Part shown: piece after piece, positions 1 through 10,559 of the stretch
Position numbering within the stretch: the first letter of the stretch is position 1
Layout of the letters: each line of letters begins with the position of its first letter
DNA from: Bacteroidales bacterium
GTDB lineage: Bacteria; Bacteroidota; Bacteroidia; Bacteroidales; UBA10428
Assembly (NCBI GenBank): GCA_016935355.1
Contig: JAFGRC010000158.1
Coordinates: 796 to 64,795 of the forward strand
Length of the DNA stretch: 64,000 nucleotides
Direction of reading: 5' to 3'
Made by a program: the position numbers and the translations under genes
Notes under the pieces: generated by a model
The model's input: the letters and a program-made list of their open reading frames with translations, nothing else
Database searches by the model: none
What the model was told of the DNA's origin: nothing

Positions 1-2
1 CC

Positions 3-1985
3 GTGACCGATGATAATGGTGAAGTTGCGCAGATCTCCACCAGTGTTCCGGAACCCGATCCGATCGTTATCAGTGAGACGATCACCGATGTTTCATGCTA
101 TAATGGTGATAACGGATCCATTGATATAATGGTAACGGGAGGGACGGTGAAAGGTGATTATAAATATTACTGGACATCGCTCGACGGTTCCGGGATTGAA
201 CCACTCGATCAGAATCAGAGCGGCCTAACTGAGGGTAATTATAATCTCGAGGTGAAGGATGACAACCTGTGTACGGCATCAGAGATCTATTATGTACCCC
301 AGGCAGATAAAATAATCTATGCCGGTTCCCTTGTTATGGATATCACCATTCCCCCCGGTGATAACGGAGCTGTTAACCTGTCTGTTTCAGGCGGTAATGG
401 TCCGTACGATTATAGCTGGACCGGTCCTTCAGGTTTTGCTGCCGCGACACAGGATATTTCAGGTCTGGAAACAGCAGGACTGTACCACATTTCCATAACC
501 GACAGCAAGGATTGTACATCGGATACAAGTTTTGCCGTGATTGACAACTTTACCATGATTGCACAGATCACTGCTAAGACTGATGTGACCTGCTACGGAT
601 TGAACAATGGAACAGCGACGGTTACGGTATATAACGGCCAGGGACCTTTCACTTACAGCTGGAGTGATATCGGTGTTATATTCAATGCATTTCGTTCAGG
701 TATGGCTCCGGGTAATTACGAGGTGGTTGTCACCGATGCCCTTTTCAACACAGCCATTGATTCAGTTAAGATCCACGGCCCTGTCAGTGACCTGATCCTT
801 ACCCTGAATTCATACGACCTGCGTTGTTATCAGGATAATTCCGGTGTGGTCGACCTTTCAGTAACGGGAGGTACCCTGCCATACAGCTTTGCATGGAGTA
901 ACGGTTATACAGGAGAAGACCTGGTTAATGTTGCCAAAGATCTGTATACCGTGGAAGTTACGGATGCAAATGGTTGTTTTGCCCTGAGCAGTACTGATGT
1001 TGATGAGCCTCCTCCCATAGCGCTGGATATCGACCTCTTTGGAGAAAACTATTGTCCTGGCGACAAACTGGTTATGGCAACAGCTGATGCAAGCGGAGGC
1101 TGGGGCTCTTTTGAGTATCTGTGGAATGATCCCGGTGCTCAGGTGACTGAAACGGCTTATGATCTTGGGGCCGGAAACTATACCGTGATTGTAACGGATC
1201 AGAACGGTTGTAAAAAATCTGAATCGGCCCTGGTTACAGCGCCCAATGCATTTGTCACTACACAAATTGATTATGTTGAGCCTGCGTGTGCCGGAAATGC
1301 TGACGGGTCGATCGTCCCATGGATTACAGGAGGGACGGGAGGTTATGATTACGTATGGTCAAACAATGTTTTTCAGCGGATCAATACGAACATCCCGGCC
1401 GGAACCTACACGCTGACCATCACAGATGACAACAACTGCATATTTGTACAGCAATATATGCTGAACGAACCCGATACTGTAAAAATAACATCAGTCGAAA
1501 CCACCGACCTGACCAGCTCGGGTCATCCCGACGGGGCGATAGAGATTGCAGCGGTAGGAGGTACAGGTGCCCTGTTTTATTCCGTCGACAACGGTGTGAA
1601 TTATGGTTCTGAGCCGGATTTTACATCACTTGCCGAAGGTAGCTATACCGTGAAGGTCAGAGATGACAACAATTGCGAATCTGATGCATATCCGGTTGCG
1701 CTTGTGAAATCCGAAACATGCCGGATGGTAATCTACGATGCCTTCAGTCCGAATAACGATGGCTACAATGAAGTCTGGCATATCGGTAATATTGACAATT
1801 ACCCGCTATGCACGGTTAAAATATACAATACCTGGGGGACTATGGTATTCAGTTCCGAAGGTTATGGAACACCATGGGATGGCACTTATGACGGGAAAGA
1901 GCTACCGTCAGCCACCTATTACTATGTGATTGATCCGGGGGATGGTTCCGGCATTCTTACCGGTGCGGTATCCATTGTGAAATAA
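3..1985 (+). CDS. Cell-surface protein with SprB-type repeats and a T9SS type-B (gliding-motility-associated) C-terminal sorting domain; 5' end cut by the window edge
   Basis: The frame is open from the window edge. Repeated ~75-80 aa Cys-containing modules occur ('DVSCYNGDNGSIDI', 'DVTCYGLNNGTATV', 'DLRCYQDNSGVVDL', 'EPACAGNADGSIVP'). The C-terminus 'VIYDAFSPNNDGYNEVWHI...ATYYYVI' resembles the type-B CTD. Confidence 0.8.
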   Translation: MTDDNGEVAQISTSVPEPDPIVISETITDVSCYNGDNGSIDIMVTGGTVKGDYKYYWTSLDGSGIEPLDQNQSGLTEGNYNLEVKDDNLCTASEIYYVPQADKIIYAGSLVMDITIPPGDNGAVNLSVSGGNGPYDYSWTGPSGFAAATQDISGLETAGLYHISITDSKDCTSDTSFAVIDNFTMIAQITAKTDVTCYGLNNGTATVTVYNGQGPFTYSWSDIGVIFNAFRSGMAPGNYEVVVTDALFNTAIDSVKIHGPVSDLILTLNSYDLRCYQDNSGVVDLSVTGGTLPYSFAWSNGYTGEDLVNVAKDLYTVEVTDANGCFALSSTDVDEPPPIALDIDLFGENYCPGDKLVMATADASGGWGSFEYLWNDPGAQVTETAYDLGAGNYTVIVTDQNGCKKSESALVTAPNAFVTTQIDYVEPACAGNADGSIVPWITGGTGGYDYVWSNNVFQRINTNIPAGTYTLTITDDNNCIFVQQYMLNEPDTVKITSVETTDLTSSGHPDGAIEIAAVGGTGALFYSVDNGVNYGSEPDFTSLAEGSYTVKVRDDNNCESDAYPVALVKSETCRMVIYDAFSPNNDGYNEVWHIGNIDNYPLCTVKIYNTWGTMVFSSEGYGTPWDGTYDGKELPSATYYYVIDPGDGSGILTGAVSIVK

Positions 1986-2003
1986 ACAGTCAAAGAAACC
2001 CGT

Positions 2004-2924
2004 ATGAAAGTGAATTCTTACAGACAGCGCATCATTCCGTTCATTACAGTTGCCTTTCTTCTGGCTGTTATGCACGTCACAGGCCATGCGCAGCAAATCC
2101 CCAATTTCAGCATGTACAATAAGAACCACTATCTGGTCAATCCTGCTGCAAGCGCCATCAGTGAACGCATCCCCGTTTCCTTATCGTACCGTAAAATATG
2201 GGCTGGAATTGAGCAGTCGCCATCGGTTCAGTACGTGTCAACCAGCATGCTGGTGGCAAAAGATATGGGTGTCGGGGCAAGATTGTTCAATTACCAGGCC
2301 GGACCGTTGAGAAAAACCGGAATTGAAGGTACTTACAGCTATCATCTGGCACTCGGACAGAGTGGAATGAAGCTTTCATTCGGGCTTTCACTCCTGTTGT
2401 ATCAGTTCCATCTGAATAAATCCGATCTTTTTATTGAAGACATTGACGATCAGGTGTTTTTCGGCGATGAGCAAATGTTTGTTCCGGATGCCGGGATCGG
2501 CACATACCTGTATCATGATGATTTTTATGTTGGAGTTTCCGTTCCCCAGTTGTTTCAGCGGAACATTGACCTGAAATCGGATGTAATCCTGCAACAGAAA
2601 CAAGTAAGACACTATTATCTGCACGGTGGTTACCTTTTTGATGCGGGAAGTGATTTTCAGCTGGAACCGTCTATATTGCTGAAATTTATTGAAGCAGGCG
2701 TTTTTCAGGCCGATATCAATACTCTTGTAACTTACAGGGAAATGGTGAGCCTGGGCGTTTCTTTCAGAACGTCAGATGCTGTGGCCTTTCAGCTTGGTTA
2801 CCGCACTCCGGATCTTTTTGTCGGTTATGCATATGACCTGGTGATATCCGGTTTGCGAAACAACTCATTCGGTTCACATGAGATTTTATTCTCATACACT
2901 TTTGATAATTTTATCCGGCCATAA
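2004..2924 (+). CDS. PorP/SprF-family type IX secretion system outer-membrane protein
   Basis: 306 aa with a signal peptide and the N-terminal 'QQIPNFSMYNKNHYLVNPAAS' motif typical of PorP/SprF. It lies 18 nt downstream of a type-B CTD cargo gene, which is the canonical pairing. Confidence 0.8.
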   Translation: MKVNSYRQRIIPFITVAFLLAVMHVTGHAQQIPNFSMYNKNHYLVNPAASAISERIPVSLSYRKIWAGIEQSPSVQYVSTSMLVAKDMGVGARLFNYQAGPLRKTGIEGTYSYHLALGQSGMKLSFGLSLLLYQFHLNKSDLFIEDIDDQVFFGDEQMFVPDAGIGTYLYHDDFYVGVSVPQLFQRNIDLKSDVILQQKQVRHYYLHGGYLFDAGSDFQLEPSILLKFIEAGVFQADINTLVTYREMVSLGVSFRTSDAVAFQLGYRTPDLFVGYAYDLVISGLRNNSFGSHEILFSYTFDNFIRP

Positions 2925-3048
2925 TAATGTTTTGCCGACAGGACTAAAGCCCTGCCTGGACTTATGCCGATTAATGCCTTAATCACTCCATCACATCTTC
3001 ATCACCTCACCACTTTTTATTATGTTTGTCCCCTAAACACATTTTGTC

Positions 3049-4317
3049 ATGAATATTCTTGTGCTCGGTTCAGGTGGCAGGGAACACACCCTGGCCTGGA
3101 AGATCTGTCAAAGTAAAAAGCTCTCCAGGTTGTTTATTGCACCCGGTAATGCCGGTACGGCTTTGCTGGGGACAAACCTTGATCTGGCGGTAAATGACTT
3201 TGCAGGTATTGCGGAATTTGCAGGCAACAATGACATTGATATGGTTGTGGTCGGCCCCGAAGACCCTCTGGTTAATGGTATTGCAGACTACTTCGCACAG
3301 CAGCATTCTCTGGCGAACATTCCAGTGATCGGCCCTTCAAAAAATGCTGCCATGCTGGAAGGCAGCAAGGAATTTGCCAAAGCTTTCATGATGCGTCACA
3401 ACATACCTACTGCCGGATATAAAACGGTAACCGGACAAAACATGGAAGAAGGACTTGATTTTTTGTCGGCCATGAAACCCCCGTATGTTTTGAAGGCGGA
3501 TGGACTGGCAGCAGGAAAGGGCGTTCTGATCATAAACCGCATTGAAGATGCCCGCAATGAATTGAACCAGATGCTATCGGGTAAATTTGGCAATGCCAGC
3601 AAAACGGTCGTGATTGAGGAGCATCTGAGCGGGACTGAACTTTCTGTTTTCATCATAACTGATGGCAAATCCTATAAGATATTACCGGAAGCAAAAGATT
3701 ATAAAAGGATTGGCAAGGGAGATACCGGTCCGAATACCGGGGGCATGGGTGCCGTATCACCGGTTCCGTTCGCCAATTCCGTTTTTATGAAAAAAGTAGA
3801 GGAGCAAATTATCGTACCCACCATAACAGGTCTTCAGAAAGAGAACATAGAATACAAAGGATTTATTTTTTTCGGACTCATGAATTGCGGGGGGAATCCT
3901 TACGTTATTGAATACAACGCCCGGCTCGGGGATCCAGAGTCAGAGGTAACCCTTCCGCGCCTCGAGAACGATATCATTGATCTCTTTGATGCTGTTGCAA
4001 CCCAAACACTTGCTGAACAAAATATTTCCATCAGTGAACGTACAGTGGCAACCGTAATGCTTGTTTCAGGCGGTTATCCGGGTGCATATGAAAAAGGGAA
4101 GATGATCCGCAACCTTGACAAGGTACGTGAAAGCCTGATCTTTCATGCCGGGACAAGAACCGATGGCAATGCGGTTGTAACGAACGGTGGCCGGGTTTTG
4201 GCCGTGAGTTCTTTTGGATCAGATATCCGGGAAGCCCTTTCGAAAAGTTACCGCAATGCGGAAATTATCGATTTTGAAAAGAAATATTTTCGTCCCGACA
4301 TCGGGTTTGATCTTTAA
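3049..4317 (+). CDS. purD: Phosphoribosylamine--glycine ligase
   Basis: 422 aa. It has 'MNILVLGSGGREHTLAWK', an ATP-grasp core ('YVLKADGLAAGKGV') and 'EYNARLGDPE', all hallmark PurD motifs. Confidence 0.95.
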   Translation: MNILVLGSGGREHTLAWKICQSKKLSRLFIAPGNAGTALLGTNLDLAVNDFAGIAEFAGNNDIDMVVVGPEDPLVNGIADYFAQQHSLANIPVIGPSKNAAMLEGSKEFAKAFMMRHNIPTAGYKTVTGQNMEEGLDFLSAMKPPYVLKADGLAAGKGVLIINRIEDARNELNQMLSGKFGNASKTVVIEEHLSGTELSVFIITDGKSYKILPEAKDYKRIGKGDTGPNTGGMGAVSPVPFANSVFMKKVEEQIIVPTITGLQKENIEYKGFIFFGLMNCGGNPYVIEYNARLGDPESEVTLPRLENDIIDLFDAVATQTLAEQNISISERTVATVMLVSGGYPGAYEKGKMIRNLDKVRESLIFHAGTRTDGNAVVTNGGRVLAVSSFGSDIREALSKSYRNAEIIDFEKKYFRPDIGFDL

Positions 4318-4362
4318 ATGCTTATTCAATATCTGCAAAAACTAGCAACTTAAAGAATTTTT

Positions 4363-5355
4363 ATGACACTGATCAGGAAGTTTTATGCTAAATATAAGCT
4401 TGTATTTTTTGCGGTTCCGGTCACTGCTTTGATACTCGGATCCGTACAGATGATAACGGATCCGCCGCTGCTTCTTCTGGAAAGGTTTGTTCCGGGGTCC
4501 GGGTGGATCGAGGTTACCCTGGCCTGCGTATATGCCGCAATCGTCATCAACGGGATGAAGGATCCAAATAAAGTTGAACAATGGCGTAAAATTACATGGC
4601 TCATATTTTCAGTGGTTTTTTTCTCTCAGTTGTTGTTGGGACTGGTTGTTGATGCCCGGTTCCTGATGACCGGTAAACTGCATTTACCGGTACCGGCCAT
4701 TGTTATCGGTGGTCCGTTATACCGCATGCAACTTTCCATCATGCCCCTGCTTTTCATTAGTACGGTGGTGCTAACCGGTCCGGCATGGTGCAGCCATCTT
4801 TGCTATTTTGGTGCATTCGACAACCTGGCAGCTTCTGGTAAAGGCATGCGCAACAGGCCCATTAAAAATAAAATGGCTATAAAGAATGTATTTATATTTT
4901 TGTTGATCACCGTTGCCCTGCTTTTTAATCTGTTTGGTGTCAACAGTTTTATTGCGACGGCTTCCGGAATATTTGCCGGAGTTGCAGGTGTTGTGATCCT
5001 GCTGGTTTTTTCCTGGAAAAATAAAATAATGATACATTGTACGGTCTACTGTCCGCTTGGAACTCTTGTAAATTACATAAAACATGTATCTCCTTTCAGG
5101 ATGCACATCACTGAAGCATGTACCGAATGTATGGCCTGTACTTTGAAATGCAAATATGATGCACTGAACCTGAAAGATATCAGAGCCAGAAAACCCGGTA
5201 TCACATGCACTTATTGTGGTGATTGCATACCCGCCTGCAGCCGTGAGGCCATCATATACCGGTTTTGGAGTATGCCTCCGCAAACGGCAAGGAATCTGTA
5301 CCTTGTACTTACAATAAGTTTACATGCCAGTTTCTTATTCCTGGCCAGGATATGA
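4363..5355 (+). CDS. Polytopic membrane protein with two C-terminal 4Fe-4S ferredoxin-type motifs (NapH/MauN-like)
   Basis: Multiple hydrophobic helices. Two cysteine clusters are present: 'CTECMACTLKC' and 'CTYCGDCIPAC'. Confidence 0.6.
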   Translation: MTLIRKFYAKYKLVFFAVPVTALILGSVQMITDPPLLLLERFVPGSGWIEVTLACVYAAIVINGMKDPNKVEQWRKITWLIFSVVFFSQLLLGLVVDARFLMTGKLHLPVPAIVIGGPLYRMQLSIMPLLFISTVVLTGPAWCSHLCYFGAFDNLAASGKGMRNRPIKNKMAIKNVFIFLLITVALLFNLFGVNSFIATASGIFAGVAGVVILLVFSWKNKIMIHCTVYCPLGTLVNYIKHVSPFRMHITEACTECMACTLKCKYDALNLKDIRARKPGITCTYCGDCIPACSREAIIYRFWSMPPQTARNLYLVLTISLHASFLFLARI

Positions 5356-5646
5356 CCGTAGTCCGTTCCGGTTCCGTGCAGCCTTAAACCTGTAAGCAAA
5401 AAATCGGAACAACAAAAAAGAGCACGTGAACACCATCTTTCTGTATTTCCTCTTTGGCCTATTCTTTTGCAGTCCTGCCATTTTTTATGTCGTTTGTTTA
5501 TAAAGGAGATTTTTATAAGTTTGGTATCTGAAAATAATCAATTGACATAAAACCCTTAGTATACTAAATAATTGTCACAAACAGAATGAATCAGATTATT
5601 TGGGTTTCCCGCTTTACCGGGAACCATAAATATTAAAATCAAACGC

Positions 5647-6369
5647 ATGAAAAAGTATTTGATGCCAATTGCTTTGGCAGTCCTGATTGCATGCAACGCC
5701 CGCTCACAAAGTGTTCCGGAGGGATACATGCTTCAGTATGAACAGAATTTCAGCAGTACCAAAGCGCTTGCTGACTTCAGCTTCAGCAACCCCGGGGCAT
5801 GGAGCATTTCTTCAAGCGGTAACAGATACTATCTGCAATTTAAAAACGATACGGCATACAAACCTGCAGTTGTGTCGCCGCGAATCATTGGCATTCTTAA
5901 TAATTATATTTTCGGGGATTTCATAATGGAAGTGGATCTTATGCCTTTGGGAAGTGACAGCAATATCAGTGAGATCTGCATTTTATTAAGTATTAAGGAC
6001 TCTTTACAATATTATTATATTCAGCTTGCCGATATATCCGATGAAAATATGCATGGGATCTTTCTGGTGAACAGGTCGCCCCGCGTAAAGATCGCACCGG
6101 ACAGCACGGACACGTGGATTTCTCCGGGTTTTAACAAGAGTGAATGGTATAAGATCCGTATTGAAAGAGATATCGTGCGGCGGACTATTAAAGTTTTTTA
6201 TAAGGACATGAAGAACCCCATACTGGAATCCAGGGACTATGAACTCGTAATGGGGCATGTTGGTTTCGGGGCATTCTCGGGTTCAGGTTGTATTGATAAT
6301 GTCAAAATTTGGGCGCCTACCCATATTCCTGAAAAAACAACAATTTTCAACGGAGCAGGTGTGCCCTGA
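5647..6369 (+). CDS. Secreted protein, possibly concanavalin-A-like/DUF1080-like fold
   Basis: Signal peptide 'MKKYLMPIALAVLIACNA'. The beta-rich sequence ends 'GHVGFGAFSGSGCIDNVKIW', reminiscent of DUF1080/LamG-type domains. The functional call is weak. Confidence 0.45.
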   Translation: MKKYLMPIALAVLIACNARSQSVPEGYMLQYEQNFSSTKALADFSFSNPGAWSISSSGNRYYLQFKNDTAYKPAVVSPRIIGILNNYIFGDFIMEVDLMPLGSDSNISEICILLSIKDSLQYYYIQLADISDENMHGIFLVNRSPRVKIAPDSTDTWISPGFNKSEWYKIRIERDIVRRTIKVFYKDMKNPILESRDYELVMGHVGFGAFSGSGCIDNVKIWAPTHIPEKTTIFNGAGVP

Positions 6370-6470
6370 ACAAATAACCGATACTTTTAATTCTTTTCAC
6401 TTAGCGCAGCACTATCATGTAACAGATTTTCCGTATTTTTATGACGGGCATGAACTGAATTACTTCCATT

Positions 6471-7199
6471 ATGATTTGCAGAAACGTACTCAGGTATTTT
6501 TTTCTTTTTTGTCTTTTGTTTTTACTTACACCACAGCAATTGACCACACAGCAGTCTGTTATCCAAATACCGGAGCTTCCGGATGAAGAGACTGAATTGT
6601 TGTTAAACAACATTAAAGATACCGGTATAAATTCTGAGGCTTTTTTTTATGCATACGGCGGATACCGTTTGCTGGAGCAGGAGGGACTTGTTGCCAATAA
6701 CGGAATACTGACCGTAATTGATTATTCCCTTCCCTCTTCCGCGGAGCGCCTGTTCATTATCGATATTAAAAATCGCAAGCTCCTCTGGAAGTCGCTGGTC
6801 GCCCATGGAAAAAACACAGGAGAAAATTATGCATCCCGGTTCTCAAACCGGCCGGGTTCATATCAGAGCAGCCTGGGCTTCTTTATAACAGGTGACACCT
6901 ATTACGGACAAAATGGCTATTCACTGATACTTGACGGACTGGATACAATGTATAATGAACTGGCAAAGACAAGGGCCATTGTCATTCATGGTGCCGTTTA
7001 TGTATCTGATGCATTTATTGAAAATAACGGCAGGCTTGGAAGGAGTTTCGGATGTCCGGCCCTGCCGGTGCAATCCTGCAGGGAAATGATAGATCTGATT
7101 AAAAGTGGCAGTATTATTTTCAGCTATTACCCGGATCAGGAATACTTTGAAAATTCCAGGATTATCAAAGGTTTTATTCGTCCGGCAAACACAACATAA
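6471..7199 (+). CDS. Murein L,D-transpeptidase catalytic-domain family protein (YkuD_2-like)
   Basis: Signal peptide. It has 'VAHGKNTG', 'IVIHGA.YV' and the catalytic-Cys context 'GRSFGCPALP'. Confidence 0.7.
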   Translation: MICRNVLRYFFLFCLLFLLTPQQLTTQQSVIQIPELPDEETELLLNNIKDTGINSEAFFYAYGGYRLLEQEGLVANNGILTVIDYSLPSSAERLFIIDIKNRKLLWKSLVAHGKNTGENYASRFSNRPGSYQSSLGFFITGDTYYGQNGYSLILDGLDTMYNELAKTRAIVIHGAVYVSDAFIENNGRLGRSFGCPALPVQSCREMIDLIKSGSIIFSYYPDQEYFENSRIIKGFIRPANTT

Positions 7200-7237
7200 A
7201 ACGGATCTGCTGCGTGAATCACTTTACTGACAATTTA

Positions 7238-8965
7238 TTAAACTGAAACCAGTTTCAGAAAATCTTCAATTTCTTTTTTATCCAGCCCGTAAATATCCTT
7301 ATAGTAATACAGGTCCCCCCGCTCATCTCCTTCACACGTGATGTACCTGATCTGTAACGGTATGGTATTTATCAGATCGATTTTATGTGTGATACCACGG
7401 TGTATCAATTCCTTTATATCGGTATATTCCGGTTGCAGCTGTTGTACAAGATAATCCGCCAGCTCGTCAAGGTTCTGAACCCTGACACAGCCGTGCGAAA
7501 AAGCCCTTATATCCTTGGAGAACAAACTTTTGCTCGGAGTATCATGCAAATAAACCGAATAAGGATTTTCGAAAACCAGCTTAACCTCACCGAGCGCATT
7601 GCCGGACCCGGGATTTTGGCGGATGTAATAATTGAACTCGTCTGAAGATACAGCATCCCAGTCGATTTCCTCATAGTTTACTGCATTCATGTTTTCATCA
7701 AGAACCTTAAAGTTGTTTCGTTTGAGATAATCCGCATCCGATTTAATCCTGGGTAGAATTTCATTCCGGGCTATTCTTTTGGGCACGTTCCACTCCGGAT
7801 TGATCACGATCTGCTGAATGCTGCCGTCGATTCTGGGAGTCGGACTGTAAGTAGTGCCAACGCATACCTGGTAAACATTCTCAATTTTGTTTTCTTTTAT
7901 GACCTTCAGATTGTAGGAAGGTATGTTTATAAAAATCAGTTGCGATGCAGGTTGTTGCTGCTTCCTCAGCCGGTCAAGATTCAATGCCAGTATCCTGAAT
8001 CTGTATAACGTTGACTGGCTCAATGCCTCAAGCGTATTGTTACCCGGTATACCATCAGGCTCCAGTCCGTGATATCTCTGAAAGCTCTTCAAAGCATTGC
8101 ACAAGCTCACATACCCGGTATCGTTGACCATATAACCCAGCCTTTCCAGCACTTCACCGATCCCGTTCCAGAGCGAAACACTGTCCTTCTTCAATTCATA
8201 AACCTCAACCCAGTTGTCGGATAATTCAACCCGTTGGATAAACTTTTCAGTTGCCTGCCGGAGGCGGACATATTCAATGAAGTCAGGCTGACACGAAAGG
8301 ATGCTTTCCCTGAAATTCGAACCCGATAATGCTGCAGCCAGTGTTTCGGGTAACGACATAATATAAGGATCAGAAAACAAGCAGGAATCGATCGACCTGT
8401 AACCAGAATGCAAATGCATCATGAACTTTAAAGCAGCATCTGTTAGTAACAGTTCAATATCCTTTCTGATTTGCATGTATTCCTTTTTCAGATCGGGCTT
8501 TTGAAGTTTCTGTTGCAGACTGCTGATAATTCCTGTATGATAATGTTCCGGTTCGAGTCCGTAAAAACGGGCATTTTCAATCATCCCCAGGAGCATCACG
8601 CCCTCCTCATTCAAATCATTATAAGTGGTGAAAGCCGGATGAAAGTCACGCAAGAAATAAAAGCGTCCGGTTAGCCGCTCCATATGCAGCCTCTCTCCTT
8701 CAATTTCAATGTGAAAAGTATCATCCGCTTGTTTGAGAGATTCTTTTAAATGCACTGTGAATTCCGGTAAAATAATTTGATCCTCAATTGAATGTTCTTC
8801 ATCATAACGTTTGTTATAATTCGTTCCGGTAATAAACATGACCATTATAAGAATTGACATTACGGTCGTCCTGACAATTTTCCCTGCAAGTGTCAGGTCA
8901 TGGTACCCGTAAAAGGGGGAAATTGTATGAATTCCCTGATTGGTTTTGCGCTCGCCGGTGGTCAT
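7238..8965 (-). CDS. L,D-transpeptidase family protein (YcbB-like) with peptidoglycan-binding domain
   Basis: PG-binding motif 'FQRYHGLEPDGIPGNNTLEAL'. YkuD catalytic motif 'YLHDTPSKSLFSKDIRAFSHGCVRVQN'. Confidence 0.8.
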   Translation of the reverse strand: MTTGERKTNQGIHTISPFYGYHDLTLAGKIVRTTVMSILIMVMFITGTNYNKRYDEEHSIEDQIILPEFTVHLKESLKQADDTFHIEIEGERLHMERLTGRFYFLRDFHPAFTTYNDLNEEGVMLLGMIENARFYGLEPEHYHTGIISSLQQKLQKPDLKKEYMQIRKDIELLLTDAALKFMMHLHSGYRSIDSCLFSDPYIMSLPETLAAALSGSNFRESILSCQPDFIEYVRLRQATEKFIQRVELSDNWVEVYELKKDSVSLWNGIGEVLERLGYMVNDTGYVSLCNALKSFQRYHGLEPDGIPGNNTLEALSQSTLYRFRILALNLDRLRKQQQPASQLIFINIPSYNLKVIKENKIENVYQVCVGTTYSPTPRIDGSIQQIVINPEWNVPKRIARNEILPRIKSDADYLKRNNFKVLDENMNAVNYEEIDWDAVSSDEFNYYIRQNPGSGNALGEVKLVFENPYSVYLHDTPSKSLFSKDIRAFSHGCVRVQNLDELADYLVQQLQPEYTDIKELIHRGITHKIDLINTIPLQIRYITCEGDERGDLYYYKDIYGLDKKEIEDFLKLVSV

Positions 8966-9218
8966 GATTTTTACTATTAACGTTTTGTTTCATATACGCA
9001 GGAACCTTAATGGAATCGGCATATATTACACCAACTTACAGCAGTATTTGACCTATAGGAATATTTCCCTGATTAAATTATAATGATCTGTATATTAGTA
9101 TTTTATGATTCTAACAAATCATTATTGAAGTTCATGGTATGCGGTTGTGCAGATTAAACACACCTGATTTCACCCTGGTGATCCGGATGAGTGCCAGAAG
9201 ATCAGCTCTCAGGGATCA

Positions 9219-9908
9219 TCATTTCATACTTGTAAGTAAGGTATAACCGGCGAGCTTACCGTCATTGCCGTAAGACTCACTCTTAACCAGCCCGATATTT
9301 TCCGCGTACCATTCCACACCCTTTGTCTGGATCGTCCCCATTATCTTTGTAACAATGTTATAGGAAATTTTATAACATTCAAAGCTGCCTGCAGGAGTCG
9401 TAAGATTTTCCACAGCTTCCACCTTCCGGTCCGAAACACTGATTGTAAGGTTCATAATGGTCATTCCACCCGATGTAAGCGAGATTGTCATTTCCCCGCC
9501 TTTCAGTTCATCACCTGCTTTCAGATTGGACGGCAACTCGAGGTTGCCGCCTTTTATGGTCATTTCCATATCTTCAAAAGCCTCCATGGATTCCTGGTTC
9601 AGGTAATTCTTCATATCAAGATAATATACCCCGTTTTCACACTTTGCCTTGACCTGGGCTGAACCCTGACTTTTTCCCTTGGCGTCAAAAGTCTCGATAT
9701 CAATTGTAGCTTCATTAGTGTTCGCTCCGGACCGCATTCCGGATATTTTCTGAACTGTGGACCCCACAAGGTTATCGTTGCGGTCATATTGCCTGTATTC
9801 CAGCTGTGCATTTTCACTTTCCGGAAAATACATGAAGGAACAATCCTGCGCATTAATTTCATTCAGGGAAAAAGAAACCAGCGCCAAAAAGAACACAATT
9901 TCTCTCAT
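9219..9908 (-). CDS. Secreted hypothetical protein
   Basis: 229-aa ORF with a signal peptide ('MREIVFFLALVSFSLNEINAQ') and beta-rich composition. I recognise no family. Confidence 0.55.
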   Translation of the reverse strand: MREIVFFLALVSFSLNEINAQDCSFMYFPESENAQLEYRQYDRNDNLVGSTVQKISGMRSGANTNEATIDIETFDAKGKSQGSAQVKAKCENGVYYLDMKNYLNQESMEAFEDMEMTIKGGNLELPSNLKAGDELKGGEMTISLTSGGMTIMNLTISVSDRKVEAVENLTTPAGSFECYKISYNIVTKIMGTIQTKGVEWYAENIGLVKSESYGNDGKLAGYTLLTSMK

Positions 9909-9941
9909 CGTAAAAAGCTTGTTAAATAAATTAAAATATTC

Positions 9942-10559
9942 TTATTCAAAGATTTTCATAGTGTCGGCAAGATTGGTCTTATTTTTTGGTTTAATTTTTG
10001 CTGTGGGCTTGCCCACTACAATAAAAGCCAGTAGTTTTTCAGGAGCTTCAATATGAAGCATTTTTTCAATTTCCTCACGTGCGATCAGGGGTCCGCTCAG
10101 CCAGCATGCTCCATAACCCATGTCAACCGCCGCCAGTAACAAATTCTGGATGCTGGCACCTGCACTTTGTATATCAGGATAATTGCGCATTTTGTTGATT
10201 TCATCATGAGAAAGTTCTGTTCCGCTTTCCATAACGGTCTGGTATGGCTTAACAACGAGAGCAAGCAAAACAGGAGCGTCTTTGAAAAAAGTGGAAAACC
10301 AGGTAACCTGCTTCTTGACATTTTTTGCGGCAATAGATTTTGATGAGGGTAATGCCTCAATTTTCGCAGCCACAACACCGGCCATATTCTTCATGAGATC
10401 GCGGTTCAGGACAGCAATGTACCTCCACGGCTGAAAATTATTGACACTGGGAGCCAGTCCGGCCAGTCTCACCATTTCCCGTATATGAAGCGGATCTACT
10501 TTTTCATCCTTAAACACCCTTATACTTGTTCTTGCTTCAATAGCTGACCGTAGTTCCAT
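9942..10559 (-). CDS. Nitroreductase family protein
   Basis: 205 aa. 'RTSIRVFKDEKV' and 'APSVNNFQPWRY' are typical N-terminal nitroreductase motifs. Confidence 0.8.
   Translation of the reverse strand: MELRSAIEARTSIRVFKDEKVDPLHIREMVRLAGLAPSVNNFQPWRYIAVLNRDLMKNMAGVVAAKIEALPSSKSIAAKNVKKQVTWFSTFFKDAPVLLALVVKPYQTVMESGTELSHDEINKMRNYPDIQSAGASIQNLLLAAVDMGYGACWLSGPLIAREEIEKMLHIEAPEKLLAFIVVGKPTAKIKPKNKTNLADTMKIFE

Noticed and set aside
858-1265. Many 60-170 aa ORFs in the track lie antisense to, or out of frame inside, long well-supported genes. Examples are 858-1265(-), 4771-5283(-), 20064-20468(-), 26680-27108(+), 37809-38583(+) and 53487-53972(-).
   Set aside because: They are fully embedded in genes with strong family motifs. 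They have low-complexity or Cys/Arg/Ser-rich shadow-frame composition and no recognisable motifs. I treat them as spurious.
6257-6586. The 109-aa ORF bridging the 5647-6369 gene and the L,D-transpeptidase-family gene.
   Set aside because: It overlaps both better-supported genes out of frame and has no motif or signal peptide. It is likely spurious.
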